Assembly (NCBI GenBank): GCA_021372615.1
Contig: JAJFUB010000093.1
Location: 7,912 to 71,911 of the forward strand
Length of the DNA stretch: 64,000 nucleotides
Direction of reading: 5' to 3'
Origin: a bacterium
GTDB taxonomy: Bacteria > Armatimonadota > Zipacnadia > Zipacnadales > UBA11051
The notes beneath the pieces are model-generated. The model worked only from the letters and a program-made list of their open reading frames with translations, ran no database searches and was not told the DNA's origin. Positions 41,204-50,682 of this stretch are shown here, one piece after another. Every line of letters begins with the position of its first letter. Position 1 is the first letter of the stretch. Made by a program: the position numbers and the translations under genes.

Positions 41204-42220
41204 TTGCTTGATGGCCTTGGCGGGAAGATTGTGGTGCTGTATACCTCGGTGGCCGAGGCGCTGCTCGACGTACCCGAGGAATTGCGGGACTCGATGGACC
41301 TGGGCGTCCATGCGCAGGAGGTGGCGCGGGTGCTGTTGGCGGGAGAGCACGACGCCTGCGCGCTGTGCTGGGATGACGCCGTCTGGCCGACCCTCACGGC
41401 CCTGCAGGACCTGCAGCCGGAGGTCATCTTCAACCTGGCCGAGTGCCCCCAGCGCACCTGCCTGAAGGCCCCCCACGTCGCGGCAGTGCTGGAGTTGCTG
41501 CGGCTGCCGTACACCGGCAACGGGCCGCTGGCGCTGGCCCTCGCGACGGACAAAGCGCGGGCGAAGCGCCTGCTGCGCGCCCAGGGCATCGCGACCCCGG
41601 ACGGGGCGGTCTGTGCGGCCCCGCCCGAGCAGTGCACGATGCCCTTCCCCCTGATCGTCAAGCCGCTCTACGAGGACGGGTCGCTGGGCATCACGGAGGA
41701 CAGCGTCGTCGAGAACTTGCCGCAGTTGCGGGAGCGGGTCGCACGCGTCGTCGCAGAGCTGCAGCAGCCGGCGCTGGTGGAGGGGTTCCTGCCGGGCCGG
41801 GAGTTCCAGATCGCGGTGCTGGGCAACGGCACGCCCGACGACCCGCACCGCCTCCTCCCCCCGGCCGAGGTGCTCTATCAGCCCGGCTGGCGCCTCGTGT
41901 CCTACGCGGCCAAGTGGGAGCCGGACCATCCGGCGTACTCCGGCACGCCGACGACATGCCCGGCCGACATCGCCCCGAAGCTGGCGGAGCGCCTGGCGCA
42001 GTTGGGGCGGCGGTGCGCGGAGGCGTTCGGGCTGACGGGTTACGCGCGGATGGATGTGCGCCTGGACGCGCGCGGCGAGCCACATGTGCTCGAGGTGAAC
42101 CCGAACCCGGACCTGAGCGAGGATGCGGGCTTCGCCAACACGGCGCGCGCGGCGGGGCTGAGCTACGAGGCGTTGCTGTGGGAGATCGTGCGGCTGGGGC
42201 GGGCGTTGGGGGGAAGGTGA
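41204..42220 (+). CDS. D-Ala-D-Ala-ligase-like ATP-grasp enzyme
   Basis: IFNLAE, PYTGN, TDKARAK, IVKPLYEDGSLGI, LVEGFLPGREF, GYARMDVR and LEVNPNPDL. Confidence 0.88.
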   Translation: MLDGLGGKIVVLYTSVAEALLDVPEELRDSMDLGVHAQEVARVLLAGEHDACALCWDDAVWPTLTALQDLQPEVIFNLAECPQRTCLKAPHVAAVLELLRLPYTGNGPLALALATDKARAKRLLRAQGIATPDGAVCAAPPEQCTMPFPLIVKPLYEDGSLGITEDSVVENLPQLRERVARVVAELQQPALVEGFLPGREFQIAVLGNGTPDDPHRLLPPAEVLYQPGWRLVSYAAKWEPDHPAYSGTPTTCPADIAPKLAERLAQLGRRCAEAFGLTGYARMDVRLDARGEPHVLEVNPNPDLSEDAGFANTARAAGLSYEALLWEIVRLGRALGGR

Positions 42221-42234
42221 GAGGGGGACGGCTT

Positions 42235-42340
42235 ACGGCAACGGCGTCCTCACCCCGCAGACTGCTGCGCAGTCTGAGCCCTCTCCCGCGCGCGATAGGG
42301 CTGCGCGCCGGAGAGGGGAACGGCAGCGGCGACGGCGGTG
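42235..42340. repeat. Family B palindromic element between convergent ATP-grasp genes
   Basis: ACGGCAACGGCGTCCTCACCCC...CCCTCTCCCGCGCGC...GCGCGCCGGAGAGGGGAACGGCAGC, sharing its ends with 3330-3410. Confidence 0.75.
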
Positions 42341-42344
42341 CGGG

Positions 42345-43304
42345 CTAGGTGTCCGCCAGAATCCGCTCCACGGCTTGCCCCATCGTCAGGCCCGCCCGCT
42401 TCACTGCCGCTGCGAAGCCCGCATCCGGGGCGAGGCACGGGTTGGTGTTGACCTCCAGCACCCACGGCTCACCGGCCTCATCCACCCGGAAGTCCACCCG
42501 TGCATAGCCCCGCAGACCGAAGCACTCCCAACACCGCCGGGCCAGCTCGCGCAGGCGCGCAAGCAGGGGCGCAAGCAGGGGCGCATCGCGCCGCGGGAAG
42601 CGGAAGCGACGGGTGGCGCGCTCGGCGTCCCCCCACTTCTCGGCATAGTCCACCACGTGCGGCTCGTCGGCGGCGTAGCCACCGAAGACCATCTCCGCCG
42701 GGGGGAGGACTGCTGGACCAGCGGCGCCGGCCAGCAGGGACAGGCTGAACTCGCGCCCGGCGATGAAGGCCTCGGCGAAGCACTCCCGGCCCAGACGACG
42801 CTCGGCGGCGCGCACGGCCCTCGCCAACTCCCCGGCACCTCGGACTTCGACCACCGACTCGCGCGTCAGGCCGATGGAGGCGTGCTCCCAGACGGACTTG
42901 ATGATGAAGACGCCCCGCGCCGGAGCGCCGGCACCGGCCCAGGGCGGTGTCGGGAGGCCCTCCGCAACCATCTGCCGCTTGGCCAGGAGCTTGTGGGAGG
43001 TCAGGAAGATGGCCTCAGCGGGGGAGCCGGTGTAGGGCAGTCCCAGCGCGTCCAGCCACGAGGGGAGCAGGTGGATCAGGCGGCCCTGGCCCGCCGGGGC
43101 CTCGACGAGGTTGAACGCGAGGTCCGGTCGCAGGTCGGCGAGGGTCTGCTGCAGGGCGGGCAGGTCCAGCGTCACCGGCACGGCAACTGGGGCATGCCCC
43201 AACCGCTTGAGCACCGTGGCGACATGCCGGGCCTGCACGAGCGCATCCGCAACATCGGCCGGCGCGCCTGGGGGGACCTCATCATGGAGAATGGCAATTC
43301 GCAT
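42345..43304 (-). CDS. D-Ala-D-Ala-ligase-like ATP-grasp enzyme
   Basis: AFNLVE, PYTGS, SHKLLAK, IIKSVWEHASIGL, EAFIAGREF, GYARVDFR and LEVNTNPCL. Confidence 0.88.
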   Translation of the reverse strand: MRIAILHDEVPPGAPADVADALVQARHVATVLKRLGHAPVAVPVTLDLPALQQTLADLRPDLAFNLVEAPAGQGRLIHLLPSWLDALGLPYTGSPAEAIFLTSHKLLAKRQMVAEGLPTPPWAGAGAPARGVFIIKSVWEHASIGLTRESVVEVRGAGELARAVRAAERRLGRECFAEAFIAGREFSLSLLAGAAGPAVLPPAEMVFGGYAADEPHVVDYAEKWGDAERATRRFRFPRRDAPLLAPLLARLRELARRCWECFGLRGYARVDFRVDEAGEPWVLEVNTNPCLAPDAGFAAAVKRAGLTMGQAVERILADT

Positions 43305-43363
43305 GGTGGCTCAGGCAGTTCGCGAGGCGTTGACCGGAGGCCTGCACAGCGACGCGCGGGCGT

Positions 43364-45433
43364 CTAGTTCAGGAAGAAGTGGTGTCCTGTCTGGCCGCAC
43401 AGGAAGTCAATCCCCAGCCACAGGCCCGCAGCCGAGAACTCCCCGACGACCAGCCCCAGGAAGAACGGCTTGGCCTCGCGGAAGCGCTTGAAGCCCCCGT
43501 AGCGCAGGATGACGGACTTCAGCGCCCAGCCGACCAGGACCGAGAACCAGAGCTGGATCATCGGCCAACTGGGTCCCATGGCATAGCCCAGCGGGTGGAA
43601 CGGCCACCACGTATAGAGGGCGCGCATGATCGCCAGGAAGACTGTCATCGCGGCGCCCCCGAGCATCAGGACCCAGTTCGCCGCGCTCGTCGGGTACGGC
43701 TGGTTGAGGTAGCCTGTGACGAAGCTGAGCGTCTGCTGGGGAGAGATGGTCAGGAACCAGCTCGTGAAGCGGATGGCGCCGAGATGATAGGCCATGAGCA
43801 GGAAGGCGACGTACGAGCTGACGACGCTCGCGATGATCGCCAGCCCCAGCCATGGCAGCAAGCGGCGGGGGTTGAGGCCCGAGGCGTCGGCCAGCTTGTG
43901 GGCATCCATCAGGCTGGGCATCAGGAAGCCGCGCAGGTCGAACATGAAGACCTTCTGGATGAAGCTCAGCACCGTGAGGCTGCGAGCGCCGAGGGCGCGC
44001 GTGCCGGCGCAGGCGACGATGACATCGGTGGGGCGGAAGGCCTGCACGAACAGCAACCCACCCTCGGACACCAGCCGCGTGAGCACCAGGGCGAACATGA
44101 AGAACAGCACGATCACCAGCCCGATCAGTCCGGACGCCACGCCCGTGGCCAGGCACCACAGGGCCAACAGCACCAGGCCGACGGCGCCCCCGAAGATCGC
44201 GGTGCGGAAGGGCAGCGGCTCGCGGGCGTCGTCGGCCGCCACCCGGCCCAGGGCCTGCGCCCAGACCTGCCCCAGGTGGCGGCGGCTGGTCCAGGTCATC
44301 GTCCCGGCGAGCATGACGAAAGCGCCGATCATCTGCAGGGCGCTGTGCGGCGGGGTCGGGTAGCCCGGCAGCGGCTTGAGCTGCAGGCCGGCGCCGGCGA
44401 ACAGCGCCCCCTGCGCGATGAAGAACAGGAAGAAGAACCAGAAGCTGAAGGACAGCTCGGTGGAGATCAAGTAGGTGAAGCCGATGACACTGAAGTGGAT
44501 GAACATGGTGAAGATGCCCATGTTGCTCCACACGCGCCCCGGGAAGTACTGCCGCAGCGGGATGACCAGCTTGATCTCCGGCACGGCGGGGAAGTAGAAG
44601 TGCAGGCCGTTGATGGAGTGGATGAGCAGGGGAATAGCGCAGCCGATCCACATCCAGCGATGGCGGAAGAACGGCGGGAGGGGCGAGGCCGGGGACTGGT
44701 CGGCGGCCAGCGCCAGGGGCACCTGGACCAGCGGGAAGACCAGGCGCTCGTGGTCGAGCCAGCGCCGCCGCAGGATGACGCTCAGGCAGACCATGCAGAA
44801 GAAGATGACCAGCGCCGCCAGCGTCCACGCCGCGATCGGCACCGACCACGCCCCCCACGGCACGCCGTGGCCCGGCCGCAACCCCTCGTAGAAGTCCACG
44901 ACGACGGACCGCCCACCCGGCTGCAGACCCGCCGGCAGCAGCGTGTACAGGTCGGAGGTGACGACCGACCCGCCGCCGGGCGTCATCTGCATCGCGCCCT
45001 TGAGGTCGAAGGGGAACAGCCACTGGGGCAGGTACTGGAACAGCCGCTCGACCCACCCGTTCTCGGGCGTGGCGAAGTAGTAGGCCCCGGCCAACGTCGG
45101 GAACAGGTACTCGGTCAGGCCGAACGAGGGGATGCCCGCCGCCACCAGCATCATGGCGTAGACCGTGTACAACTCGCGCGGGGTGAAGCCCCGCCCGGCC
45201 AGCCACATCTGCAGCGGCGTGTTGACGGCCAGGAGCAGGATGAAGAGCACGAAGACGCCGATGGGGAGATGGCAGCAGGCGATCCACGTGCCCCGGAGCA
45301 CCAGGTCGCAGTAGGGCGTGATGACCCCCAGGACGACACTGCACAGCACGCCCAGGATGACAGCCCGGGGCGTGATGTCGCGGCCTGTGGTGAGTGGGGC
45401 GGGCCCGGCCGGCATGAGCGGGTCCTCGGACAT
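43364..45433 (-). CDS. Large polytopic membrane protein, DUF6785/DUF6784-like (putative transporter)
   Basis: More than 15 hydrophobic segments, RRRWLDHERLVFPLVQVP, WWPFHPLGYA, WFSVLVGWALKSVILRYGG and KPFFLGLVVGE. Start at 45433 or 45415. Confidence 0.7.
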   Translation of the reverse strand: MSEDPLMPAGPAPLTTGRDITPRAVILGVLCSVVLGVITPYCDLVLRGTWIACCHLPIGVFVLFILLLAVNTPLQMWLAGRGFTPRELYTVYAMMLVAAGIPSFGLTEYLFPTLAGAYYFATPENGWVERLFQYLPQWLFPFDLKGAMQMTPGGGSVVTSDLYTLLPAGLQPGGRSVVVDFYEGLRPGHGVPWGAWSVPIAAWTLAALVIFFCMVCLSVILRRRWLDHERLVFPLVQVPLALAADQSPASPLPPFFRHRWMWIGCAIPLLIHSINGLHFYFPAVPEIKLVIPLRQYFPGRVWSNMGIFTMFIHFSVIGFTYLISTELSFSFWFFFLFFIAQGALFAGAGLQLKPLPGYPTPPHSALQMIGAFVMLAGTMTWTSRRHLGQVWAQALGRVAADDAREPLPFRTAIFGGAVGLVLLALWCLATGVASGLIGLVIVLFFMFALVLTRLVSEGGLLFVQAFRPTDVIVACAGTRALGARSLTVLSFIQKVFMFDLRGFLMPSLMDAHKLADASGLNPRRLLPWLGLAIIASVVSSYVAFLLMAYHLGAIRFTSWFLTISPQQTLSFVTGYLNQPYPTSAANWVLMLGGAAMTVFLAIMRALYTWWPFHPLGYAMGPSWPMIQLWFSVLVGWALKSVILRYGGFKRFREAKPFFLGLVVGEFSAAGLWLGIDFLCGQTGHHFFLN

Positions 45434-45557
45434 CAGCGCTGGGCGGGCAGTTCGCACCTCAGGACGCCGACACCTGCCGCGCCCGACCGCCGGCGCCGCA
45501 AGCAGGCGCGCGGCGGGTGGCCGGAGAAGTATGTGCTGGCAATCCCCGGAGTGTGAC

Positions 45558-47384
45558 ATGAGGTACGGTTGGCGCTGTCTGTCTGTCGGCTGCGTACTCG
45601 TGGTGCTGCTGCTCGCCGGGCTGTCAACGCCACCGGGGGCGCTCGGCAACTATCACTCCCCGACGGCCCTGGCCCTGTCGCCGGACGGCCAGACGCTGTA
45701 TGTGGCCGACCAGACGCAGGATGCGGTCGCGACGGTGGCGGTGGCGACGGGGAAGGTCACCGGCACGATCCCGGTCACCGACCCGCGCGCGCTGGCCCTG
45801 TCGCCCGACGGCAGAACCCTCTATGTCGCCAGCGGCGACCGGGACGAGGTCGTCAAGATAGATGTGACCTCGCGGCGGATTGTCGCGCGGGCCGAGGCGC
45901 ACCGGCAACCTGCCGGCCTGACGCTGTCCGCCGACGGCCGGACCCTCTACTGCGGCAACCAGTTCAGTGACGATGTGCTCGTCTACGAGGCCGCGAGCCT
46001 GAAGCGCACGGCGCGCCTGCCGGCCGTGCGCGAGCCGCGCTTCTGCGCCCTGACCCCGGACGGCAAGACGCTGGCCGTGGCGAATCACTTGCCGCTGGGG
46101 TCGAACCTGGATGACGGGCTGGGCGCGGTGTTGTCGCTGGTGGACCTCACCGGCGGCAGCGGTACGACACAGGTGCTGCTGGCCCACGGCGCCACCGATG
46201 TGGGCCAGGTCGTGTGCTCGGCGGACGGGCGCTATGCCTTCGTCGTCCACGTGCTGGCGCGGTGGCTGGTGCCGCCGACGCAACTGGAGCGCGGCTGGAT
46301 CGCCACCAACGCCCTGACCATCGTGGACCTGACCCAGCGGCAGCGCGTGAACACGGTGCTGCTTGACGACCTCGACCGCGGGGCGGCCAACCCCTGGGCC
46401 CTGGCGCTCAGCCCCGACGGCAAGACGCTCTACTCCACCCACGCCGGCACCGACGAAGTCCAGGTCATGGACACGGCCAAGCTACTGAAGCTCGTGACCG
46501 AGCGGCCGGCGAACAGCCCCACGGCGCTGGAGGATGACCTGACGGCCGTGTACCGGGCGGGGGTGCGGCAGCGCGTGGCATGCGGGGGCATCGGCCCGCG
46601 GGCGGTCGTCGCCACGAACGACGGGGCGTTCGTCGCCAACTACTTTTCAGGGACCGTGACGCGGCTGTCGGCGCAAGGCCGGGTGACGCAGACCGTGGCG
46701 CTGGGGACCCAGCCGCCGGAGGACGAGATCCGACAGGGAGAGAGGCTCTTCAACTCCGCGCAGGTCTGCTTCCAGAACTGGCAGTCGTGCGCGACTTGCC
46801 ACCCGGATGGCCGCACCGACGGCCTGGCCTGGGACCTGATGAACGACGGCCTGGGCAACCCCAAGAACGCCAAGTCGCTGCTGCTGTCGGGGCGCACGCC
46901 GCCGGTGATGGCCCACGGCGTGCGGGACAACATGGAGGTGGCGGTGGCCTCGGGCTACAAGTACATCCTCTTCCATGTCCCGACCGCCGAGGAACTGGCG
47001 GCGACCTCGGCCTACATCGAGACGCTGCCTTCGGCCCGCAGCCCCTACCGCACGCGCGACGGGAAGCTGTCGGCGGCCGCCCTCCGGGGCAAGGCGATCT
47101 TCGAGCGCCAGGACGTCGCCTGCGCCACCTGCCACCCCGCGCCGCTGTTCACCGACCTGAAGGCCTACGATGTGGGCACGAAGGGGCCGTTCGACAGCCG
47201 CGCCGACTTCGATACGCCGACGTTGGTGGAGATGTTCCGCAGCGCCCCGTATCTGCACGACGGCAGTGCCGTGACGCTGCGCGAGGTGCTCGTCGAGCAC
47301 AACAAGGGCGACAAGCATGGCGTGACCTCGAAGCTGAAGGAAAGGGAGCTACAGGACCTCATTGAGTACCTCCTGTCGCTATAG
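45558..47384 (+). CDS. Exported YVTN-type beta-propeller fused to a di-heme cytochrome c peroxidase/MauG-like domain
   Basis: Signal peptide, repeated P.ALALSPDG.TLYV blades, CATCH at 46788-46802 and 47121-47135, KNAKSL and DTPTL...APYLHDGS. Confidence 0.85.
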   Translation: MRYGWRCLSVGCVLVVLLLAGLSTPPGALGNYHSPTALALSPDGQTLYVADQTQDAVATVAVATGKVTGTIPVTDPRALALSPDGRTLYVASGDRDEVVKIDVTSRRIVARAEAHRQPAGLTLSADGRTLYCGNQFSDDVLVYEAASLKRTARLPAVREPRFCALTPDGKTLAVANHLPLGSNLDDGLGAVLSLVDLTGGSGTTQVLLAHGATDVGQVVCSADGRYAFVVHVLARWLVPPTQLERGWIATNALTIVDLTQRQRVNTVLLDDLDRGAANPWALALSPDGKTLYSTHAGTDEVQVMDTAKLLKLVTERPANSPTALEDDLTAVYRAGVRQRVACGGIGPRAVVATNDGAFVANYFSGTVTRLSAQGRVTQTVALGTQPPEDEIRQGERLFNSAQVCFQNWQSCATCHPDGRTDGLAWDLMNDGLGNPKNAKSLLLSGRTPPVMAHGVRDNMEVAVASGYKYILFHVPTAEELAATSAYIETLPSARSPYRTRDGKLSAAALRGKAIFERQDVACATCHPAPLFTDLKAYDVGTKGPFDSRADFDTPTLVEMFRSAPYLHDGSAVTLREVLVEHNKGDKHGVTSKLKERELQDLIEYLLSL

Positions 47385-47387
47385 GGA

Positions 47388-47465
47388 CTGTAGGGCGGGG
47401 GCTCGTACCCCGCCCAGCCGTTCCGTTCGTGCCATGCGGGGCGGGGTACAAGCCCCCGCCCTACA
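47388..47465. repeat. GTAG-type REP doublet overlapping the start of the next gene
   Basis: CTGTAGGGCGGGGGCTCGTACCCCGCC ... GGCGGGGTACAAGCCCCCGCCCTACAG are inverted arms. Confidence 0.8.
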
Positions 47466-50400
47466 GGACGGCACGGCCAGCGGGGCTGGCCGTGGCACCC
47501 GGATCCTGGCTCTGGCTGTGCCCCTGCTACTCGCTGTTCTGGCGGCGTCCGCCCAGCCCCTCGACGAAGCCCACCTGTACGTCAAGCAGGCGACATGGCA
47601 GGATACGCTGGCTGCCTCGTGGCGGAACCTGATCCAGCTCGAACGGGCCGAAGCCGACGCCGCGGCGGCGACCGGACCGCTGGTGCTCGGGCCGTGGCAT
47701 GTGATCGGCTCCTTCAGCAACGCCGACGGCAAGGGCTTCGCCGCCGCCTATCCCCCCGAGACCGGGATCGCGCTGGATAAGACGTACCCCGGCATGGCCA
47801 ACTCCGAGGCGAAGTGGCGGCGGATGGACAGCTTCGTGGACGGCCAGGTCCACACGCTCAACCCGCACTTCCGGCTGACCGAATGGGCCATCGCGTACCT
47901 GTACCGCAAGATCACCGCGCGCGAGGCGATGGAGATCACCGGCTACTTCGGCAGCGATGACGGGCTCGTCGTGTGGCTCAATGGGGAGAAGCTCATCTCT
48001 GAGGACGTGCCGCGCGGCCCGGCGCCGGACCAGAGCAAGGCGACGCTGAAGCTCAAGGCCGGCGACAACCACCTACTGCTCAAGATCGTCAACCGGACCG
48101 GCGGCTGGGGCTTCTACTTCTCGACCAAGCCCGGCGGGGGCAACCCGGCCGACAACCCGACGCATCGCCAGCGCGTCGGCGCCCTGTGGGACAAGCTGCG
48201 CGCCGACTTCCCCGGCCCTGAGGACCGCCTGGCGATGCAGACCGAGAGCGCCGACGGCGTCTGGCCCCTGGATTGGGACGGGACGGAGGCAGCGCTGGCG
48301 CGGCGGTTGCATGGCGCGCTGGGGGCGCACCTGGCCCGGTCGCGGGAGGTGCTGACCGGCCTGGGCGCCGATCTGGGTGAGACGGCCGTAGCCGACCCGG
48401 CGAAGCTGCTGGCGGCGCTGGAAGGACAGGCGGGCGACCTCGCCCCCACGCTCGAACAGGCCGGGGCGGCGGCGAGGCTGCGCGGGCCGATGCACCTGGC
48501 GGCGCGGCTGCAGGCGGTGCTGGAGACGCGAGCCCGGCTCGTCAGCACCGGCCTGGCCATCGCCGATCTGGCCGCGTCCTATGGCGACCAGTGCCGGGGC
48601 GCCGACGGGTTCCGCGACAGCCTCATTGAGCTGACGAAGCGCGGGGAGGCGCTGGTACGGCGGGCCGAGGCGAGCCGTGCCCTGCCCGCGGCCGACTTGC
48701 AGGACTGGCAGGCGGCCGTCGCGCGCCTGCAGCATTCCGCCCTGGTGAAGGCCAACCCGCTGCTGCAGTTCGGCAAGCTCATGGTCCTGATCCGCAAGCC
48801 CGGGGGCGGCAACCCCGGCCTGCCGCAGAACTGGCAGAGCAACTCCAGCATGCGGCGCACCGGCTGGGACACGACGATCGCCACGGTGGACTCGACCGAC
48901 CCGGCCGCCGCGCCGCAGGCGATCTTCCACTCCGACAAGTACTTCGTGGGCGACCTGTGCCTGTCGTTCGACGGCAAGCGGGTGCTGTTCTCGATGCCCG
49001 ACGCGCAGAAGGCCGACCGCTACCAGGTGTGGGAGATCGGCGTGGGCGGCCAGGGCCTGCGTGATGTCACCGCCACCGCCGACAACGACTACGACAACTA
49101 TGATGCGTGCTATCTGCCCAACGGGCAGATCATGTTCACCTCCAGTCGCTGTTTGCAGGCCGTCCCGTGCACCGGCGGGGACCATGTGGCGCTGATGTAC
49201 CTGATGGACGCCGACGGCAGCCAGGTGCGGCAGTTGACGTTCGACCAGGACCATAGCTGGTGCCCGCGGGTGCTCAACGACGGGCGCGTCGTCTACACCC
49301 GCTGGGAGTACAACGACATCCCGCACTACTTCAGCCGCCTGCTGTTTTCGATGAACCCCGACGGCACCCGCCAGATGGCCTTCTACGGGACGAACTCGTT
49401 CTTCCCCAACACGATGATGTACGCGCGGCCACTGCCGGGCAGCAACAGCCGCGTCGTGTGCATCCTGTCGGGCCATCACGGCAACCCGCGCATGGGCCAG
49501 GTCGCGCTCCTGGACACCGCCGAGGGCGAACAGGAGGCCGGGGGCGTCGTGCGCCTGCTGCCGGGCCGCCATCGGAAGATCGCCAACCCGATCATTGACC
49601 AGTACGCGACCGGCGAGTGGCCGCAGTTCGTCCACCCGTTCCCGCTGTCGGACAAGTTCTTCCTCGTGTCGTGCAAGAGCGAACCGGACGGCTGGTGGGG
49701 GCTGTACTTGCTGGATGTGTTCGACAACCTCGTACCCCTGCGCGTCGAGCCCGGGGCGGCGGTGTTCGAGCCGATCCCGCTGCGTCCCACCGTTACGCCG
49801 CCGGTCATCCCCCCGGCAGTGGACCTGGCCCGCTCGGACGCGCTGGTCTACATGTACGACGTGTACCGGGGGGCGGGGCTGGCGGGGGTGCCGCGCGGGA
49901 CGGTGAAGGCGTTGCGCGTGGTTGAGCCCGTCTACCGCTACTGGGGCAACGGCGAGACGCACAGCACGGCCATTGACGGGGGCTGGGACGTCAAGCGCAT
50001 CCTGGGGACGGTGCCGGTGGAGGCGGACGGGTCGGCGCTGTTCCGCGTGCCGGCCAACACGCCGCTGATCGTGCAGCCGCTCAACGCCGAGGGCATGGCG
50101 CAGCAGCAGATGCGCAGTTGGTTCACGGCCATGCCGGGCGAGACGCTGTCGTGCGTGGGCTGCCACGAGCGTCGGGCGCAGGGCCCCGGGGCGGGGCTGC
50201 GGGCACGGGCCCAGTTGCTCAAGCCCGCCGACATCACGCCCTGGTACGGCCCGGCGCGGGGCTTCAGCTTCGCCCGGGAAGTGCAGCCCGTGCTGGACCG
50301 CAACTGTCTGCGCTGCCACGCCTCGGCGCCGGTGGACTTCCGCCCCGACCCGCAGCCGGGCGGCCGCTTCAGCATTGCCTACAACACGCTGCACCCGTAC

Positions 50401-50682
50401 GTGCGACGGCCGGGCCTGGAGGCAGACATCCACATGCTGCCTCCGCGCGAGTTCGAGGCCAACACGAGCCAGCTCGTGCAGATGCTCAAGAAGGGGCACC
50501 ACCGGGTGAGGCTCAGCGCTGAGGACTGGGACCGGCTCATCACGTGGATTGACCTGAACGTGCCCTATGCCGGCGACTGGCGCGAGGCCGTGCCGCCCGC
50601 GCCCGAGAACCTGATCCGCCGCCGCGAGGAGATCCGCGGCCAGGACGCGGCCGTCCGGGCGCAACAGGCGGGGCGCCAATGA
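47434..50682 (+). CDS. Hydrazine synthase alpha-subunit-like (HzsA-like) heme c protein with an N-terminal PA14-like sugar-binding domain
   Basis: PA14-like segment (FGSDDGLVVWLNG..LKAGDNHLLLK), WD40/TolB-like propeller (DACYLPNGQIMFTSSR; VLNDGRVVYTRWEY), HZS-alpha middle-like segment (VPRGTVKALRV...LGTVPVEADGSALFRVP...QPLNAEGM..QQMRSW) and the hemes CVGCH and CLRCH. The start is uncertain. Confidence 0.8.
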   Translation: MRGGVQAPALQDGTASGAGRGTRILALAVPLLLAVLAASAQPLDEAHLYVKQATWQDTLAASWRNLIQLERAEADAAAATGPLVLGPWHVIGSFSNADGKGFAAAYPPETGIALDKTYPGMANSEAKWRRMDSFVDGQVHTLNPHFRLTEWAIAYLYRKITAREAMEITGYFGSDDGLVVWLNGEKLISEDVPRGPAPDQSKATLKLKAGDNHLLLKIVNRTGGWGFYFSTKPGGGNPADNPTHRQRVGALWDKLRADFPGPEDRLAMQTESADGVWPLDWDGTEAALARRLHGALGAHLARSREVLTGLGADLGETAVADPAKLLAALEGQAGDLAPTLEQAGAAARLRGPMHLAARLQAVLETRARLVSTGLAIADLAASYGDQCRGADGFRDSLIELTKRGEALVRRAEASRALPAADLQDWQAAVARLQHSALVKANPLLQFGKLMVLIRKPGGGNPGLPQNWQSNSSMRRTGWDTTIATVDSTDPAAAPQAIFHSDKYFVGDLCLSFDGKRVLFSMPDAQKADRYQVWEIGVGGQGLRDVTATADNDYDNYDACYLPNGQIMFTSSRCLQAVPCTGGDHVALMYLMDADGSQVRQLTFDQDHSWCPRVLNDGRVVYTRWEYNDIPHYFSRLLFSMNPDGTRQMAFYGTNSFFPNTMMYARPLPGSNSRVVCILSGHHGNPRMGQVALLDTAEGEQEAGGVVRLLPGRHRKIANPIIDQYATGEWPQFVHPFPLSDKFFLVSCKSEPDGWWGLYLLDVFDNLVPLRVEPGAAVFEPIPLRPTVTPPVIPPAVDLARSDALVYMYDVYRGAGLAGVPRGTVKALRVVEPVYRYWGNGETHSTAIDGGWDVKRILGTVPVEADGSALFRVPANTPLIVQPLNAEGMAQQQMRSWFTAMPGETLSCVGCHERRAQGPGAGLRARAQLLKPADITPWYGPARGFSFAREVQPVLDRNCLRCHASAPVDFRPDPQPGGRFSIAYNTLHPYVRRPGLEADIHMLPPREFEANTSQLVQMLKKGHHRVRLSAEDWDRLITWIDLNVPYAGDWREAVPPAPENLIRRREEIRGQDAAVRAQQAGRQ

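Noticed and set aside
38244-43304. Labelling the ATP-grasp genes ddl
   Set aside because: They lack the LHG..GEDG motif and a mur/dcw context, and occur as three divergent copies.
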